NCBI GenBank assembly: GCA_951406725.2
Contig: OX597815.1
Span: forward strand, 81,964,001 to 82,028,000
DNA length: 64,000 nt
Origin: Octopus vulgaris
Lineage: Eukaryota
Reading direction: 5' to 3'
The notes below the pieces were generated by a model. That model saw only the letters and a list, made by a program, of their open reading frames with translations, was not told the DNA's origin and searched no databases. This document shows positions 1 to 14,513 of this stretch, in pieces. Within the stretch, counting starts at the first letter, position 1. Each line of letters opens with the position of its first letter. The translations under genes were made by a program, and so were the position numbers.

Positions 1-720
1 TGTAGTCTCAAATACATTTTGTCTCGAATAAATATCTGATGGTCAGAGTTTGAACGGTTTTGGTGATAAATCTGTTCAGTCATAGCGGGAATAATGTTAA
101 ACAGCAAAAAAAAAAACAACAAAAAAAAAACAAAACAAAAAAAAACATCAACAAGAACGACAGCAACAACAGCAACAAGAACATCGGCCTTAGTAGTAGT
201 ACTAAGAACAACAGAGCAACAGAAACTAATGATAAAATATATCAACATCACACTGCATAGGCTTCAAGAAAGGCGAAGATATAAAACGACGATATCTTGG
301 AAATGAAACAGTCAAAGGGAAGCCATAGTTAGACACAAATCACTTATGAGACGATTCTTAAAGCTCTCTTGACAGTTAAAGTTTGTAGAATACGACTAAC
401 ACAAACTGGAATCAATTGCCTCAGAATGTAATGACAAATACACTTAATAGATTACCTAAAAATAGATTTTATTAATATCGGAAGACTCTCAAAGCGTGAA
501 CAGATTTCTCATTAAAATGTAAGCTACAATTAAATATATTAAATAGAAATGAATATGCATTGAGGACATAAAAGTAATATTGTTAAATGAGTGATTTTAA
601 TTTCTTCTAGGTTAAGATAACAATTCTTCGCATTATAAACTACATATTTGTGGTATGAAAGACTTTTTAAATATCTATACGCGTGATAGGCAGGGAGTTG
701 GCAGAAACCTTAGCACGCCT

Positions 721-1225
721 TATTTTCTGTATATTATATATACTTGTAAGTCCTGGTATATTTGTTGTGTTTGAATGCTTTTTAAATCATATCTAAGCAC
801 CACCTACTATGATAGGAATTGTTTCTGTTCTTAGTGCTCCACATTTGAGTTACCTCTATTCCTAGATCTTTGTATTTTGAAAGTTTCTCCATTTCTTTTT
901 GAGAAACATTGTCATCTGTTGGTATCAATACATCGATTAGTAAGCATTTTTACCTTGCTGGTCTCTGACAACTATATCCAGTCTATTGGCCTTAATTTCT
1001 CTGTCTGTGTGCATTGACATATCCCACAGTATGGTTGCTTTCTCACTTTCTGTGACCTTTTCTGGCGTGTACCTATACCAGCTGTTTTCTGTTGTTATTC
1101 CATAATGTTGGCATAGCTTACAGTGTATATAGGTCCCAACACTGTCGTGTCTGGGCAGCCAGAGACAATATGATTTATTGTTTCTTCTTCGTCTTCACAT
1201 ATTCTGCAGTTGCATTTCTTTTCAT
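721..1225 (-). mobile_element. 3' fragment of RLE-type non-LTR retrotransposon (R4/Dong/NeSL-like), decayed
   Basis: Minus-strand translation gives the zinc knuckle CRICEDEEETINHIVSGCP, then ATILWDMSMHTDREIKANRLDIVV...CLLIDVLIPTDDNVSQKEMEKLSKYKDL (PD..D/ExK-type endonuclease), with frameshifts. Confidence 0.85.
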
Positions 1226-1279
1226 TACGTGATTCCTGCTGAGAAGGCTTTGATCTTGTGTTATTATCGTTATTACATG

Positions 1280-1385
1280 TCCACTTACAAGGCTTTGGTC
1301 GGCTCAGGACTATAGAAGAAGACAATATGCCATACAGTGGAACAAAACCCAAGGCCACATGGTTACGAAGCTTGCTTCTTATTCA
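1280..1385 (-). mobile_element. Degenerate SINE fragment (family B)
   Basis: ccacttacaaggctttggtcggc..ctatagaagaagaca matches the SINE copy at 49420-49470. Confidence 0.6.
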
Positions 1386-2819
1386 GACAGCTACTTCTGC
1401 GCCTAAATGTAGAAACAAGATGTATTTCGACATCCCGCTTGCCATGCCCTCACCCCCAGTACTTTATAGCAATTTAAAGCAGCATGCTGGCTTGGCTAGT
1501 AAATACCATCTGGCACTAGTTCACAAGAAGAAAATACGACTCTACACTGGGAGCTCAAAGTTGAGTAATTACTTAACGCACAATTTCTAAGATATTGGTG
1601 GAATAGAAATTCACCACTCTTTTCATCACCTAGAAGCTCTGGTGTTATCCTTCTGTCTTTTTTCTAAGGGGCTAAGTTACGCGATCATATTTACAAGTCC
1701 GTAATTACAGACCTTGAGCAAGCAAAGAATCGAAGGAACCACAACTTCCTTGACGATTTCAATTTTAGCACTTGGTAGAAAATGTCGATTGATTATGTAT
1801 TAAACATATGTGCAGACATTTTGAATCCATAAAATATACGGCATACACTTGTCTATGGATTAGACAGTATTAGAAACTAAAAGAAATTTTGAGTTACTCA
1901 CTCTTCCTTTCTACCTCTCCCTTTTTCCTTCTCTTCTTTCTCTCCCTCACCTTTTTTCTCCCTGTGCGTATGCATGTCCATGTATTTGTTTACTGACGAA
2001 AAATATGTACTTCGGTGAGAAAACCGATAAAGAAGTGCTTCGAACACAACCACATCGTTATAGTTAGTCCGTCGAGTGTTGCACAGATCCTCCCCTGGCG
2101 CACATACTAGCCCTCGGTAATACAGCAAATTGGTCAAGTAGTAATTGCCTACTGTTCAACATTGTTAAAATAAAATGCATACTATATGAAGTACAAACAA
2201 TTGCATCATCTACAGCAATAGTAAGAAGCATAAAAATAGAAACCAAAAAAAAAAGTGTGATAATAATTTCACTTATTGGCATAATATGAGATTATATGAG
2301 AAGATCGGGTGAAAGCATAATCGCATGAATTGATCCATAATAGGAAGTTCTCCACTCATACATAAAATCACACACGAATGCAGTAATACCTTATGTTAAC
2401 ACATAAGTTACTCGCTACACACACACACACGCATACATAAGTATCCAGAGATACTCGCTCACACACACACACACTGATATACTTACACATACACACAAGC
2501 AAACATACACTTGCACTTCCTTCATCTGATCCTCCAAATCTATATGTAGAAATGGAACTATCAAATTTAAGGTGTCATCTTACTTTTCATTTCTCTAACC
2601 AGTCTCTTATTTCTCTACTGATCCCTTTTTCTCTTCCTCTCCCTCTTTCTCTCTCCGTTAAATAGAATTACAACTTATACCCCCTTTCTCTGCCTTTTTA
2701 CCACCGTATACATATTTCTCTCTGACGCTGCAGCCTTTCTCCTCCAACTCAAAATCATCTCTCTCTCACTCCCCCTCTCTCTCTATCTCTCTATCTACAA
2801 TATGAACATACATGAGCAC

Positions 2820-2900
2820 AGCGCCTGCTATGCGGTTGAAAAGTTCACTTTCAAACCACATTGTTTCGAGTTCGATTCCACTGCATGTTACCATCAAGTG
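2820..2900 (+). mobile_element. tRNA-like SINE head
   Basis: B-box-like gagttcgattcc after an A-box-like segment; resembles the head of the SINE at 29313. Confidence 0.5.
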
Positions 2901-2961
2901 TTGTATACTTTTTGACTTCGGTACACACAAAGTGTACAGAAAGTCAAGGCATATGTGCATG

Positions 2962-3128
<167 letters not shown>

Positions 3129-3694
3129 GAAGGGTGAAATTAATTAATTTGGAATAATTATCAATTACACCAATGTTTTTACTGAGATCTCCTTTTTAGT
3201 AGAAGAAATAGCTATAACTCTTTGACTGCTATTTCTAAATTCGGTATGTGGTAAGGCAATTCGTTGCCAAACCCTTTATTGCTTAGTATTACTTATATAT
3301 ATATATATATATGCAGAAAATAGTAAAAAGTGAAAAAACTACAGAAGGCTTGTTTTAAAAGGTTAAAAAATATATATTTGAGTCAATATGTCTGAAGAAT
3401 GTTATCAATTTTTTTCTTACAATGACATAGTTTAGGAGAAACATATATATATATATATGCAAACACACAGACTTACACAAACGTACATTTAGACACACGT
3501 GTGTGTATATGTATACGCTCGTGTGTGTATATATATATTAATTGCTGGTGGTATATTATGCAATCATAATATACCAGCAAGTATATTTAAGGCTTATAAG
3601 TCAATACTGTGTATGCATTCAGAAGTCGAACCTGCGAACCGAAGTCACGTGCGTTTTTCTTCTTTTATCTCCTCTCTTCTCTTCCCAGTCACTC

Positions 3695-3723
3695 CCGACG
3701 AAGGATTAATGTCGGAAACGTTA
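3695..3723 (+). ncRNA. Degenerate minimal hammerhead motif
   Basis: CCGACGA-A-GGA-ttaatg-TCG-GAAACGTT; stem II damaged and stem I weak. Confidence 0.4.
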
Positions 3724-4778
3724 TAACGCTTACTCTTTTCATTCTGCAACGAGCGCCGACCTACTAATATTAATTGCGATCGTCTCTTGTACTTTTGTTA
3801 GCGAGAATATCAACAATGACTTGCATATTTATCCTTAAGGCCTTGCGGCAGATTCGAACGTGAATATATTAATTGCTGTAGTGTTTTGTCAAGGGAGGAG
3901 AACTTCACATTTACGATGAATGTATGATCTAACACACTCGATCCAATAGTGTAAGGAACTCTGAAATACACGGTGTTTGACGATCGTTATGTTTCGTCTT
4001 ACAAATGCCCGCTGGATTAATGAATTTAACGACATACACTCATGAGCACGCGCACTCACGCATGCGTGCATACAAGCACACACATATACATATACACAGA
4101 CACATATAAATAATGTACTTGTGTAAGACTGATTGGCGCAACTAGTTTGTCTATTGATCCTTGCGATGCTCATGGAGCGGTTATCTCCCCTGTCAGTGTA
4201 CATATATTGTGCGTTTCCTAAAGCATTATGAGGTTTTAACTCTTATTTTTGAAATATAGGTGCTTCGAAACCCTTAGTCAGAATTAGTGACGATAATTTT
4301 TTTCTTTTACGGAATTATATTGTGCTTAGCTGTTAATAATAATTTTTTATTCTCTCTCTCTATATATATATGTATGTATGTATGTATATATATGTATGTA
4401 TGTGTATATATATGCGAAATGGGTAGGTGTGGGGAAAATGTACGTGTGTGCAAATAATTGGTACCTTTCGTCGCTATTTATTTAGAAAGTATAAAACGAT
4501 CGCCTTAAAGTGCGGGAACCCGTCTGTTTTATGTAATAACGGATAGAAATAACAACCATCTTCTCCCTCCCCAATCGCATCATATGTATTAAATATACAT
4601 GAATAGAAACGGAATAGAGCACTACTATTCAACTAGACCTGATATAAATTGCAGCACAATCTTCCTCAAATGACACTCTGGTGTCATAGATGTATGAGCC
4701 AACGAGGAGATGCCTCTATACGCCAGCTAGTTCTGGTAGAAACTGAAGCATATCCCTCCAGAATCAAACCTATTTTCT

Positions 4779-4844
<66 letters not shown>

Positions 4845-4870
4845 CGCGTGTGCATATATATATATATATA

Positions 4871-5207
4871 GTGAAGGCACATGGCTCAGCGGCTAGAGCG
4901 TCGATCTTGAGGTTGTGTGTTCGATTCTCGGACCGAGCTGGGTGTTGCGTTCTTGAGCAAGACACTTTATTTACTTTATTTCTTGTTGCTCCAGTTAACT
5001 CAGCTGTAGAAATCCGTTGCGACATCACTGGTGCCAAGCTGTATCGACCTTTGCCTTTCCCTTGGATAACATCAGTGGTGTGGAGAGGTGAGGCTAGTAT
5101 GCACGGGCAACTGCTGCCCTTCCACAAACAACCTTACCCGGACTTGTGCCTCGGAGGGTAACTTTCTAGGTGCAATCCCATGGTCAATCATGACCGAAGG
5201 GGGTCTC

Positions 5208-5210
<3 letters not shown>
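4871..5210 (+). mobile_element. tRNA-derived SINE (family C) between (TA)n tracts
   Basis: A-box tggctcagcggctag, B-box-like ttcgattc, then ttcttgagcaagacacttta core. A related head lies at 16298-16410. Confidence 0.8.
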
Positions 5211-5260
<50 letters not shown>

Positions 5261-6232
5261 GAGCTACCGTTACAGCCTCTTCATGATATGTAAACTTGAT
5301 AGCAACAATGCCTAACTTTTCTTCATACATGCCTTACTGTCCTATGTATGTTATGCAAATATATTTGCATGTCGAACAAGAGAAACCAATAGGCGGTAGG
5401 TAGACTTGGTAGAAATAGCTACTGGACTTCTATCAATCCGCAATCAGGATCCTCCAAAACTACAGAATAGCATAAAAGTCACTTCCAAAAATATGATACC
5501 CCGTGTCCTCTATGTCACAATCATTCTAAGAGAATTTGCTGGAATCTATTCTCTCATTTGCAGAAAGCCAAGTGATTTGCCAATTCAATTTAAAAGGCTT
5601 CAATTTCCTGTAAAAGTCAGTTTTTCCATGACAGTCAGTACTATTAATAAATCAAAATCAGCGAATTGCTAAATGATGCTCCTTTTGATACAATAACCTG
5701 GTAGCTCCAGGTAACCTCTGCTATTATATATAAATAACTTGTATACATTTCCTACCTTTAGTGTCTCTCTCTGTCTTTCCCGCTCCTTCCTCTATTTCCT
5801 CTTTCTCCTCTCTCTCTCTATTTTCTATACACATTCCACATTATTCCACAAACTGAACATAACATAGAAATAAATAATGATTCATCAGTTATCAACTTTC
5901 ATTCTATTCTGGTATTCTGCACTTCTGAAATGGTTACAAGGACACTCAAAGGATGACGTTTGATTATGCATTTATTTATTTATTTACTTATTTCATATCG
6001 TATTTTTCTTTTGCTCATTGATTTATGCAGACGGGCGGTTTTAATTGGCAATTTCGTAACTGCAGATGACATCAATTACTGCAACAATGACGACGAAGAA
6101 GCTGATCATGACCTTGATGATGATGTTGATGATGATGATGATGATGATGACGAAGGGGAGGGGGAAGAGAAAGATTGCGTGGCCTGTATTAAAAAGACAC
6201 GATAACAATATCGGTACCGCCGATCGGTGAAA

Positions 6233-6594
6233 TGCCGGGTGAAATGCTTAGCGGTATTTCGTCTGCCGCTACGTTCTGAGTTCAAATTCCGGCGAGATCG
6301 ACTTTGCCTTTCATCCTTTCGGGGTCGATAAATTAAGTACCAGTTGCGCACTGGGGTCGATGTAATCGACTTAATCCGTGTGTCTGTCCTCTCTGTGTTT
6401 AGCCCATTGTAGGTAGTAAAGAAATAGGTATTTCGCCAGTCTTTACGTTCTGAGTTCAAATTCCGCCGAGGTCAACTTTGCCATTCATCCTTTCGGGGTC
6501 GATAAATCAAGTACCAGATGCGTACTGGGGTCGATCTAATCGACTGGCCCCTTCCACCAAAATTTCGGGCCTTGTGCATAGAGTAGAAAAGAAT
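6233..6594 (+). mobile_element. SINE family A, tandem dimer
   Basis: gttctgagttcaaattcc..gactttgcctttcatcctttcggggtcgataaa..gtaccag occurs twice. Confidence 0.9.
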
Positions 6595-6874
6595 ATCTGT
6601 ACCGTCGATCCTCCAAATGGAAAAATTTCTTTAACTGAAAGGCCTACCTACCAGGCGTTCTGAAATAATATCTGTAAATACTCCGCTAGATACGGCGTGA
6701 TGCTGCAGCCCTTGGGGAAAGGGAACGATCCATTGCCTGCTCACGCTTTCCCACAGGTCATACATTTAAACATCACCCTTATCGACATCACTTTTACGGA
6801 AGAGGGACATGCATGTGAACTGTTATTCTTTCGAATGATTAATTCCTAAAAATTAACATGATCTCGTTATTCTC

Positions 6875-6937
<63 letters not shown>

Positions 6938-7009
6938 ATGCATACATACATACATATATGTACATACCTACATCTATATGTATATATACATGCATATATA
7001 TATATATAT

Positions 7010-7745
7010 AAGAGTACAGGACACCACAAATAAACGTAGAACACAACGAGGAACGAAAACATAAAAACAAACAAGGAAACGGACTTTTTTTAACAAGGAA
7101 AAAACAGAGTATAAGACAAACAATACAAGGAATATTCCCCTTCATCAGCTGCCCCTGGTTCGACTCAATGCGTGTTTCGAAGGTAAGGGCAGAACACGAT
7201 CCGGCCGAAGTAATCCTTCCTGCAAAATGAATTAAATAAAATTCTTTTGCAAAGGGGTAAAAAAAAAAAAAAAAAAAAAAAAAAGTGACAAGAACAGGAC
7301 GTAAAAGCAATACAAATAAATAAAAATACAGTACACATAAAGAATAAAAACAGGACAAGGAAACAAACATTAAGGGCTTTTATAAGCCTAGACGGTGGAA
7401 AAATTCGTTGGAACGCAATTCAGAAGATCGACTTGCTGGAGACAAGAAGAAAGTCGATGTTGACTTGTTGAAAGCAGCGAGAGAAAGGAAGTTTAGTAGT
7501 CCGGTCAGCGGCCAGAGAGAGGAGGAGTGAGAGAGAGAGAGAGAGGAGGAGGAGGAGTGAGAGAAAGAGAGGAAAAGAAACCAGAAAGGGTAAAAAATAA
7601 GAAGGAGAGAGACAGGTAGAGAGGAAGACAGACAAGCAGGAAGGAAAGGTCAAGTAAAGAGTTGAGAGTGCGCGTCATAATTATTATAATAAAAACTTGG
7701 AGAAATAAGAAAGTGACGCGAGGCATTCAATCAAGCAGTAAGAAT
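7010..7745 (-). mobile_element. Non-coding PLE-terminus/retrozyme-like repeat carrying a permuted hammerhead
   Basis: 3' part homologous to 19681-19860 and 26345-26470; ends in (TA)n; its start tgattgaatgcctcgc resembles 26800-26820 and 19892-19910. Confidence 0.6.
7137..7198 (-). ncRNA. Non-circularly permuted hammerhead ribozyme candidate
   Basis: RNA: CGUG-U-U-CUGCCCUU-a-CCUUC-GAAA-CACG-...-AGGGGCAG-CUGAUGA-A-GGGG. All three stems pair. Confidence 0.75.
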
Positions 7746-7829
7746 CACATATAGTTAGGATTTACAAAAAAGACAGGTGGTGCAGACAACAAACAGATGT
7801 ATTAGTATAACGCTCGGGAAGTGAAAAAG

Positions 7830-7866
7830 TCTTTAACGTTTCGAGCCTACGCTCATCCACAGAAAG
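7830..7866 (-). ncRNA. Minimal type I hammerhead-like motif with CUGUGGA core
   Basis: CUUU-CUGUGGA-U-GAGC-guag-GCUC-GAAAC-GUU-AAAG, inside repeat 7755-7920 that is homologous to 58945-59110. Confidence 0.6.
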
Positions 7867-7916
7867 GAACACAGACAGAAACAAGGAGAGAAAATAAAGA
7901 ATGTGTAGTGGCTAGT

Positions 7917-8013
<97 letters not shown>

Positions 8014-8603
8014 TTCAGGTTGTGTAGAACTAATGTTTCAAGCGGAGAACTTTTCCTTTATCATATTCGAACATCCGAGGCTAATTGGCGTGTTGTCTGA
8101 ACTAATCGCCTCGATTCCCCGTTTCCCTCATACATACATACATACATACATACATACATACGCCTGTAGACGTAATGTCGGCCCGTCGCAAGATTTCTCA
8201 TTTTTGCCAGCTGAATGGACTGGAGATACGTGAAATGATACACAACGCATTACCAGATCCGGTAATCGAAACCACAATCTTACGGTCACGAGCTGAACAG
8301 CCTAACCACTAAACCATGCACCTCCTTGACCGGTGCTTTCGGGTGGTTAGAATCCCTGTTAGTACATATATATGTATATAATTATGTGCTTTAACTACAG
8401 CATCAGAGCATTATGGCTCTTATTTCTAGCAATATAGGTGTTCTATTTAGTGACAGTTATAGTTTTCCTTTTGGTAAACATTGTACACGGCCGTCTATAC
8501 ACACACACACATACATACATAAACACACACACATGAATGTATGTATATATCCATAAATTTCTCTCTCTCTCTCCCTTTCTCTTTGTCTCTGTCTCTCTCT
8601 TTC

Positions 8604-8689
<86 letters not shown>

Positions 8690-8984
8690 TATATATATAC
8701 ACACACACAAAGACATTTAATACACACATAGCCATGTCAGAGACGCTTGGGAAGATATCTATATATTTCACTTCTTCCGTTGAGTAACCTATAACAAAAA
8801 TGAACAGTTTATGTGTGTTTGCATCACACGATGCTTTTTTGTTCTTGTCTTCCTGTTTATCTGTTAATCTTACTCTTTCTATATGTCTTTTAATGATACG
8901 CAGTTCAACTCGAAAAAGTAGTGCGACCTGATGTCTCACACGAGCGAGTATAGTTTGCTAGCATATAGTATGGTTTCACTAACA

Positions 8985-9250
8985 GTTGTTGGTGCCTATG
9001 TACTCGTGAGCAGGCATAGAGCCTCTCTCAACTCCTTCACTGTTGACGAAGCGAAACTTACAAAATATGATTGGTTTAGAGAGAAATGGATGCGGCAGCG
9101 CATACCCGGTTGGGACACAATGCAACTGGGTAGATGTGGGCAGTGAGAGATGGTGTGCATTGGTCAAAGACGCAACGGGCGTTCTGGACCAGGATTTGAA
9201 ACTGCAACTTTATGATAATGAGTCTGACGCCTCAAACTACTAGGCTACGC
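8985..9250 (-). mobile_element. Degenerate SINE
   Basis: Reverse-complement tRNA-like head near 9190-9250 plus a core resembling families B/C. Confidence 0.5.
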
Positions 9251-9264
9251 ACCTTCTCTTGAAG

Positions 9265-9436
9265 CAGTGCTGTCTTTAAGTATGGGCACACTAGGCAGTT
9301 GCTCAGGGTCCTCGCAAGTTTAGGGGCCTGATTCTAATTTATGAATGTTGTGGCTTGCTATCAATGAATAAATAAATGCTATCGAGTCCTTTGCACTGAT
9401 TCGCCAAGAGGCCTATAAGCCTCTAAGACGGCTCTA
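9265..9436. mobile_element. Degenerate hAT-like MITE
   Basis: Imperfect TIRs cagtgctgtcttta / taagacggctcta; partial 8-bp flank match tcttgaag/catcgaag. Confidence 0.45.
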
Positions 9437-10184
9437 CATCGAAGATAGTATTGACTCAAGTTTTGATATTGGTTTCTTTTCCTTATCTACCTGCCTATCC
9501 TTCGTGGGGTTCTCTACGACTTCTGAGTTCAATCGCAGCACTCAACGTTTTCTTTTTTCTTTCGTCCTTCCTTTTTTTTATGCTTTCACGGATTTCGATG
9601 ATTCTCTGTCGCCATCCAATTCCAATATCATGAATTTGAATTGGGAGTTTGAGCCATAGTGAATCCTTCATTAGCTGATTGCAGAACCATGGATGTCACT
9701 CCTATGGATGCGTTGCAGTTATTCCTGTTGATCCTGACCGCTGGTCTTATAGGATTCATCCACTCAGTATGGCACCGATATAAGAAACACTGTTGGCTCA
9801 GTTGAGCTCTTCCGCTACCTACCTCTTCAAAATCCACCATGACTTCACCGTATCCCTGGCAGGGTGGCTTAACGGGTGCTATACGTTGCCAAAGGGCAGC
9901 CCGTAATTATGCAGTGCATGGTCGTCACTCTGTGCCGTATTTCAAAAGTACAAGCGTCCTTTGTGGGGGTGAGAAAATGCCAAGTACATACTGGGGTTCG
10001 TTCTAAATAATTACACACTCATAAAATAACCCACCTCCTAAAAATGAGTAGACTTGTGAATGCGCCAGAAGACTATGTAATACGACTGACAGGCCACGTT
10101 TAAAGTACATGAATATAAAACAAAAGTTGTTACGATATTTTACTCTGTAGAATCTACAATTGAAAACATAAAAACTGCGAAACC

Positions 10185-10231
10185 TAGTAATAGTAATAAT
10201 GATGATGATGATAATAATCAGAATAATAATA

Positions 10232-10271
<40 letters not shown>

Positions 10272-10355
10272 TAATAATAATAATAATAATAATGATGATA
10301 ATAATAATGATAATAATAATAATAATAATAATAATGATGATAATAATAATAATAA
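10185..10355. repeat. (TAA)n/(TGA)n microsatellite
   Basis: Directly visible. Confidence 0.95.
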
Positions 10356-10418
10356 CTTAGAAGTAATATTTTCACCACTTCTGTGGTTGTAATCTTATTT
10401 TCATTTCACTTACTCGTC

Positions 10419-10471
<53 letters not shown>

Positions 10472-12069
10472 TGCCTGTGTGTGTGTGTGTGAATGTGTGT
10501 GTGTGTGTGTAATTTTTTTTTTCAGCGCGCACATGTTTGGATGTATGTATGAATTAGGTTCCAGTTGAGTGAATTTGAAGTGAACTGCAAGCTAATGTTT
10601 ATAAAAAACGAAAGGAAGTGAGAACTTCACGGTCAGCTGGTTGTGTCTGGTTTGTAATTAATGGCAAACCACTTCAGAAATATCACAAAATGCACAGTGT
10701 GCTGGTATTTGTGCATTTTACATATGTTACGTAAGAATATATATATATATATATATATCATAGAAACGCACACATATGTACGTGTGTGTGTAAGTGTGTA
10801 TTTGCGTATATTTGTGAAAGTAAGCGAATGTAAATATGCATGTATACATATCTGTGTATATATTTCTGAATGAGCGTGTATAAGCTTATAAAGACTCATA
10901 TGTGAAAATGGAGGACATATTTGTGTATATGTGTACATGAATGTATGCCTATATTCATGTGAGTGTATTTATATATGTATGCACGTATATGTTTGTGTGT
11001 GTATATATGCATATATATATATGTATATATATATATTTGTGTGTGTGTGTGTGCGTGTGTGTGTGTGTGTAAGGTTTTATACAAGCATGTGCCTGCCTAA
11101 AAGATTTAATTTCGTGATGCAAAAGTGACGCAATTTTATTCTAAGGAGCTCGGAAAAACATTTAAGGGGAATGAAATGATATCAGGGCTACGTCTGCAGT
11201 GTACAAGATAGAAATGAAAGAGAATTGAGAAGGGACTTTCCATACAAGATGGATATCATAAATATCTTTATAATTTTGAGATTATGCATAAATTTGCACG
11301 AGTTGGTCTCTTGTCTCATTAGACAGTAACTAAAAGATGTGCTGGTCACTGAATTAGTCGTGTATTGTAGCTAGCAGCTAGGTAATTGGCAGTCATTGCT
11401 TGACACTCGACTGCACAAAGGGAGAGGAAGAATCATTCGTTAAAAGCGTCAGTTCCCAACCTTTTCCTCGTAGGAAACTAATTTAGAGAAAACAAAGTAT
11501 ATCGGACACCCTTGTACAATCTTTTACAATAGAGAGATTATAAATGAAATAAATAACAAAAAAGAAATAACTGTCGTGAGCAATATTCTTGGCACAAGAA
11601 TGGCTGTGTGATTAAGAAGCTAGGTTTGGAACACATCCCTACATATCCACACGTCTCCCCCATATATATGTATGTGTCTGTCTTTATGTTTTTGTGTCTG
11701 TCTTGAAAACCGGGGTTAGTTTATTTACGTCCTGATAATTTAGTAGTTCGGAAAAAGTGGCCGATAGAATAAGTAGCAGATATTAGAAATGCAAACAGTG
11801 GGACCAAAATGCAAACAGTGGGACCAGTTTGCTAGACAAAGCGATGCCCCAGTACGGTCGTAATCCAATGAGTGAAACAAGTGACGTATACAATTTATGC
11901 GGTCTTGATATTTTAAGCGCTTCAGAATAGCACCAGTGACTATTCTACGATGTTTAAAGACGCCAAACTTCCAATACGATTCTCTTTCCAGTCACGTTGA
12001 TAAAAGCGTTCCGTTTTTACAGATTTCTATGAATGTCTCACTGAAACAGACACGGTTGTATGAGGAGAA

Positions 12070-12543
12070 GATTTCCTGGCAAAGGGTACCACAATTACAG
12101 GAGCCTATTATGCTTCACTTTTGAGGAAATTAAGAGAAGCTATCAAAATCAAGAGGCGGGGCAAGATCAGCAAAGGCATCCTCCTCCTGCAGGACAACGC
12201 TCCGGTCCACAACTCGCGTGTCGCCAGATCAGAAGCACAGGCGTGCAGCTATGAACTCCTCCCCTTGCACCCTCTGATTTTCACCTCTTCCCAGCCATGA
12301 AGTTGTTTTTGAAAGGAAAGCGTTTCCCAGATGATGCAGCCTTAATTTCTGAAGTCACGTCGTGGTTGGAGGACCAAGCTGGGGTCTTCTACAAAAACGG
12401 TCTCCAGAGCTGTATCAAACGATGAGAGAAATGCATAACTCTGGGTAGTTCCTATGTAGGAAAAGACTAATAACTGTGCCAAGTGTCGTTGCTCTACTGC
12501 TATGGGAAGTGGGTCAGGGGCATTACTTATTGAACGCCCCTCG
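12070..12543 (+). mobile_element. mariner (DD34D) transposon 3' half, pseudogene
   Basis: DFLAKGTTITGAYYASLLRKLREAIKIKRRGKISKGILLLQDNAPVH...ELLP[HPPYSPD-type segment missing]LAPSDFHLFP...KR*EKCI; ends at a TIR-like acttattgaacgcccctcg followed by TA. Confidence 0.92.
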
Positions 12544-12686
12544 TAGTGTGTTCAGTTTCATTTTATTTCTAATTGTCTCTTTGTGTTCTCATGGCTGTTA
12601 TTGAGGTCTCTCGTAATTGTACCGCACGTAAAAATATTTTCGTTAGAAATGCAATGTTTTTCTAATAACTGCTACAAACACACACG

Positions 12687-12767
<81 letters not shown>

Positions 12768-13391
12768 AAACAATTTTGGTCTGTCTGGACTTCTACTCAG
12801 TTATACTGTGAATATGCAGAAAGAAACCCGTGTACAGTGATATGAATAACGTATTGTTTTGAGAGAAACCATGATTTTCTGAACATTACCAATCAATGGA
12901 AAAAACTTCCGATCATCCACTCTCGAAACTGACTTAGAACACAGAAAATGCAGACAACTGCACAAGCAAAATATGTTATTTTACCTTTGAAATGATTTGA
13001 GATCTACGAAGCATAACTAGGATGTAGCAAAAGCAATATAGCATATGAAAAAAGACTAGAAACGAAGAGAGAGAGAGAGAGAGAGGGAGAGAGAGGGAGA
13101 AAGAGAAAGATATATAGTGATGCATATATGTACAGATGGAGGCATATAGATTGTGAAGTATGAAAACATTTACGTACTCTCTCTTTCTTACAGACAGAGA
13201 TGTACACAAACTCAAACATTAGCATAGAAAGAGGTAATCAGTCCAATACGCTCCAAACATTGGATTTCACAGCCAAATCGCTCTCTAAACACTCACGCAA
13301 AGAAATTAGAATTATACACGGAACACAACACATTGCAGAATAAATCTTCAATGACTTTGCTTTTCTCTGTCTGACTGTCTGACTGTCTGAC

Positions 13392-13428
<37 letters not shown>

Positions 13429-13501
13429 CTCTGTCTTTTTCTGTCTGCTTCTCTCTGTCTCTTTCTCTCTCTCTCTCTCTCTCTCGCACATATTTACACA
13501 T

Positions 13502-13543
<42 letters not shown>

Positions 13544-14474
13544 ACACACATACACATAAACCCTCAAATAAAAGCACATACTCTCACGTACACACGCAGC
13601 AACAAACAAGCTAATATGTTTAAGATGCTAGAATTAACAGCTAAGACAAAATAAAAATGTATTCAAATATGTGTACGGTCGAACATTTGTATGTATAGAG
13701 AATACATCAGCGTTATTATTTATTGCCGCTCTTTCCAAAATAACAAATAAGAATTCGTATTTTCAAAAAACCCTAATGTCACCGTAATTTCCTATAGGGT
13801 TTTTCAAGTTTTTCAATTGAAATTCATAGTTTCACTTCTGTAACATTTGACCCTTTCTAGTTTCTCTCTCTCTCTCTCTCTCTCTCCCTCTCTCTCTCAC
13901 ACACACTTTTAAGTTTATCTCTACAGCCTTTCTGTAGAATTCAGAGCCAGCACGGCAAGTTACGATGAATACGTCTATGCAAACAATGCGATCGAAAAGA
14001 AAAAGAAATAGGAAATGGGTGTATATGCATATTTCAAGAGTTATTCTTCTTTCATCAGTACCACATCCTCTGTTTGCTACATGAAATCAAATGAAGTGAT
14101 CTCTGGATTTACAAATCGAAAGCAATACAGTTTAATTGATTATTTTAAAGGATTATAAATGTTCCCTATCAGTCGATGTGGTTAGACAGATTACATTACA
14201 GTGCTCATGCGTACATGCCCGGATTTCAAATCCCTGTTCCTTTACGTCATCTATCTATCTATCTATCTATCTATGCATATACACAGTTTTTATTAAAATT
14301 CTCTGCAATATATAGAGAATTTCTTCTCATTAGACCGACATTATTCAGTGTGAGTGTATATGTGTGTGTTCGTGTGTGTGTATCTGTGTGTGTGTGTGTG
14401 TTTGTGTGTGTGCGTGTGTGCGTGTGTATGTGTTTATACGTATGTCGTATACTTTTACCATTTTCCTTTCCCGA

Positions 14475-14513
14475 GGCTCAAGTTTCACGCCACAGCAATT
14501 ATCAAGCGAGAAC
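14475..14513 (-). ncRNA. Decayed minimal hammerhead (homolog of 57601-57642)
   Basis: gttctcgc-TTGATAA-ttgctgtggcgt-GAAACTTGAGCC aligns to the 57.6 kb copy. Confidence 0.4.

Noticed and set aside
1993-2030. CUGACGA...GAAA hammerhead-like words
   Set aside because: Stems I-III do not pair in register.
2820-2900. tRNA gene
   Set aside because: Only A/B-box-like motifs with no full cloverleaf; it is a SINE head.
4649-5161. 170-aa ORF
   Set aside because: Runs through (TG)n and a SINE; no protein features.
7137-7183. Reading the 7.1-kb motif as an ordinary type II hammerhead using the internal GUC
   Set aside because: Sequence after GUC does not pair with the strand before CUGAUGA, whereas the upstream strand gives an 8-bp stem I and a 5-bp stem III.
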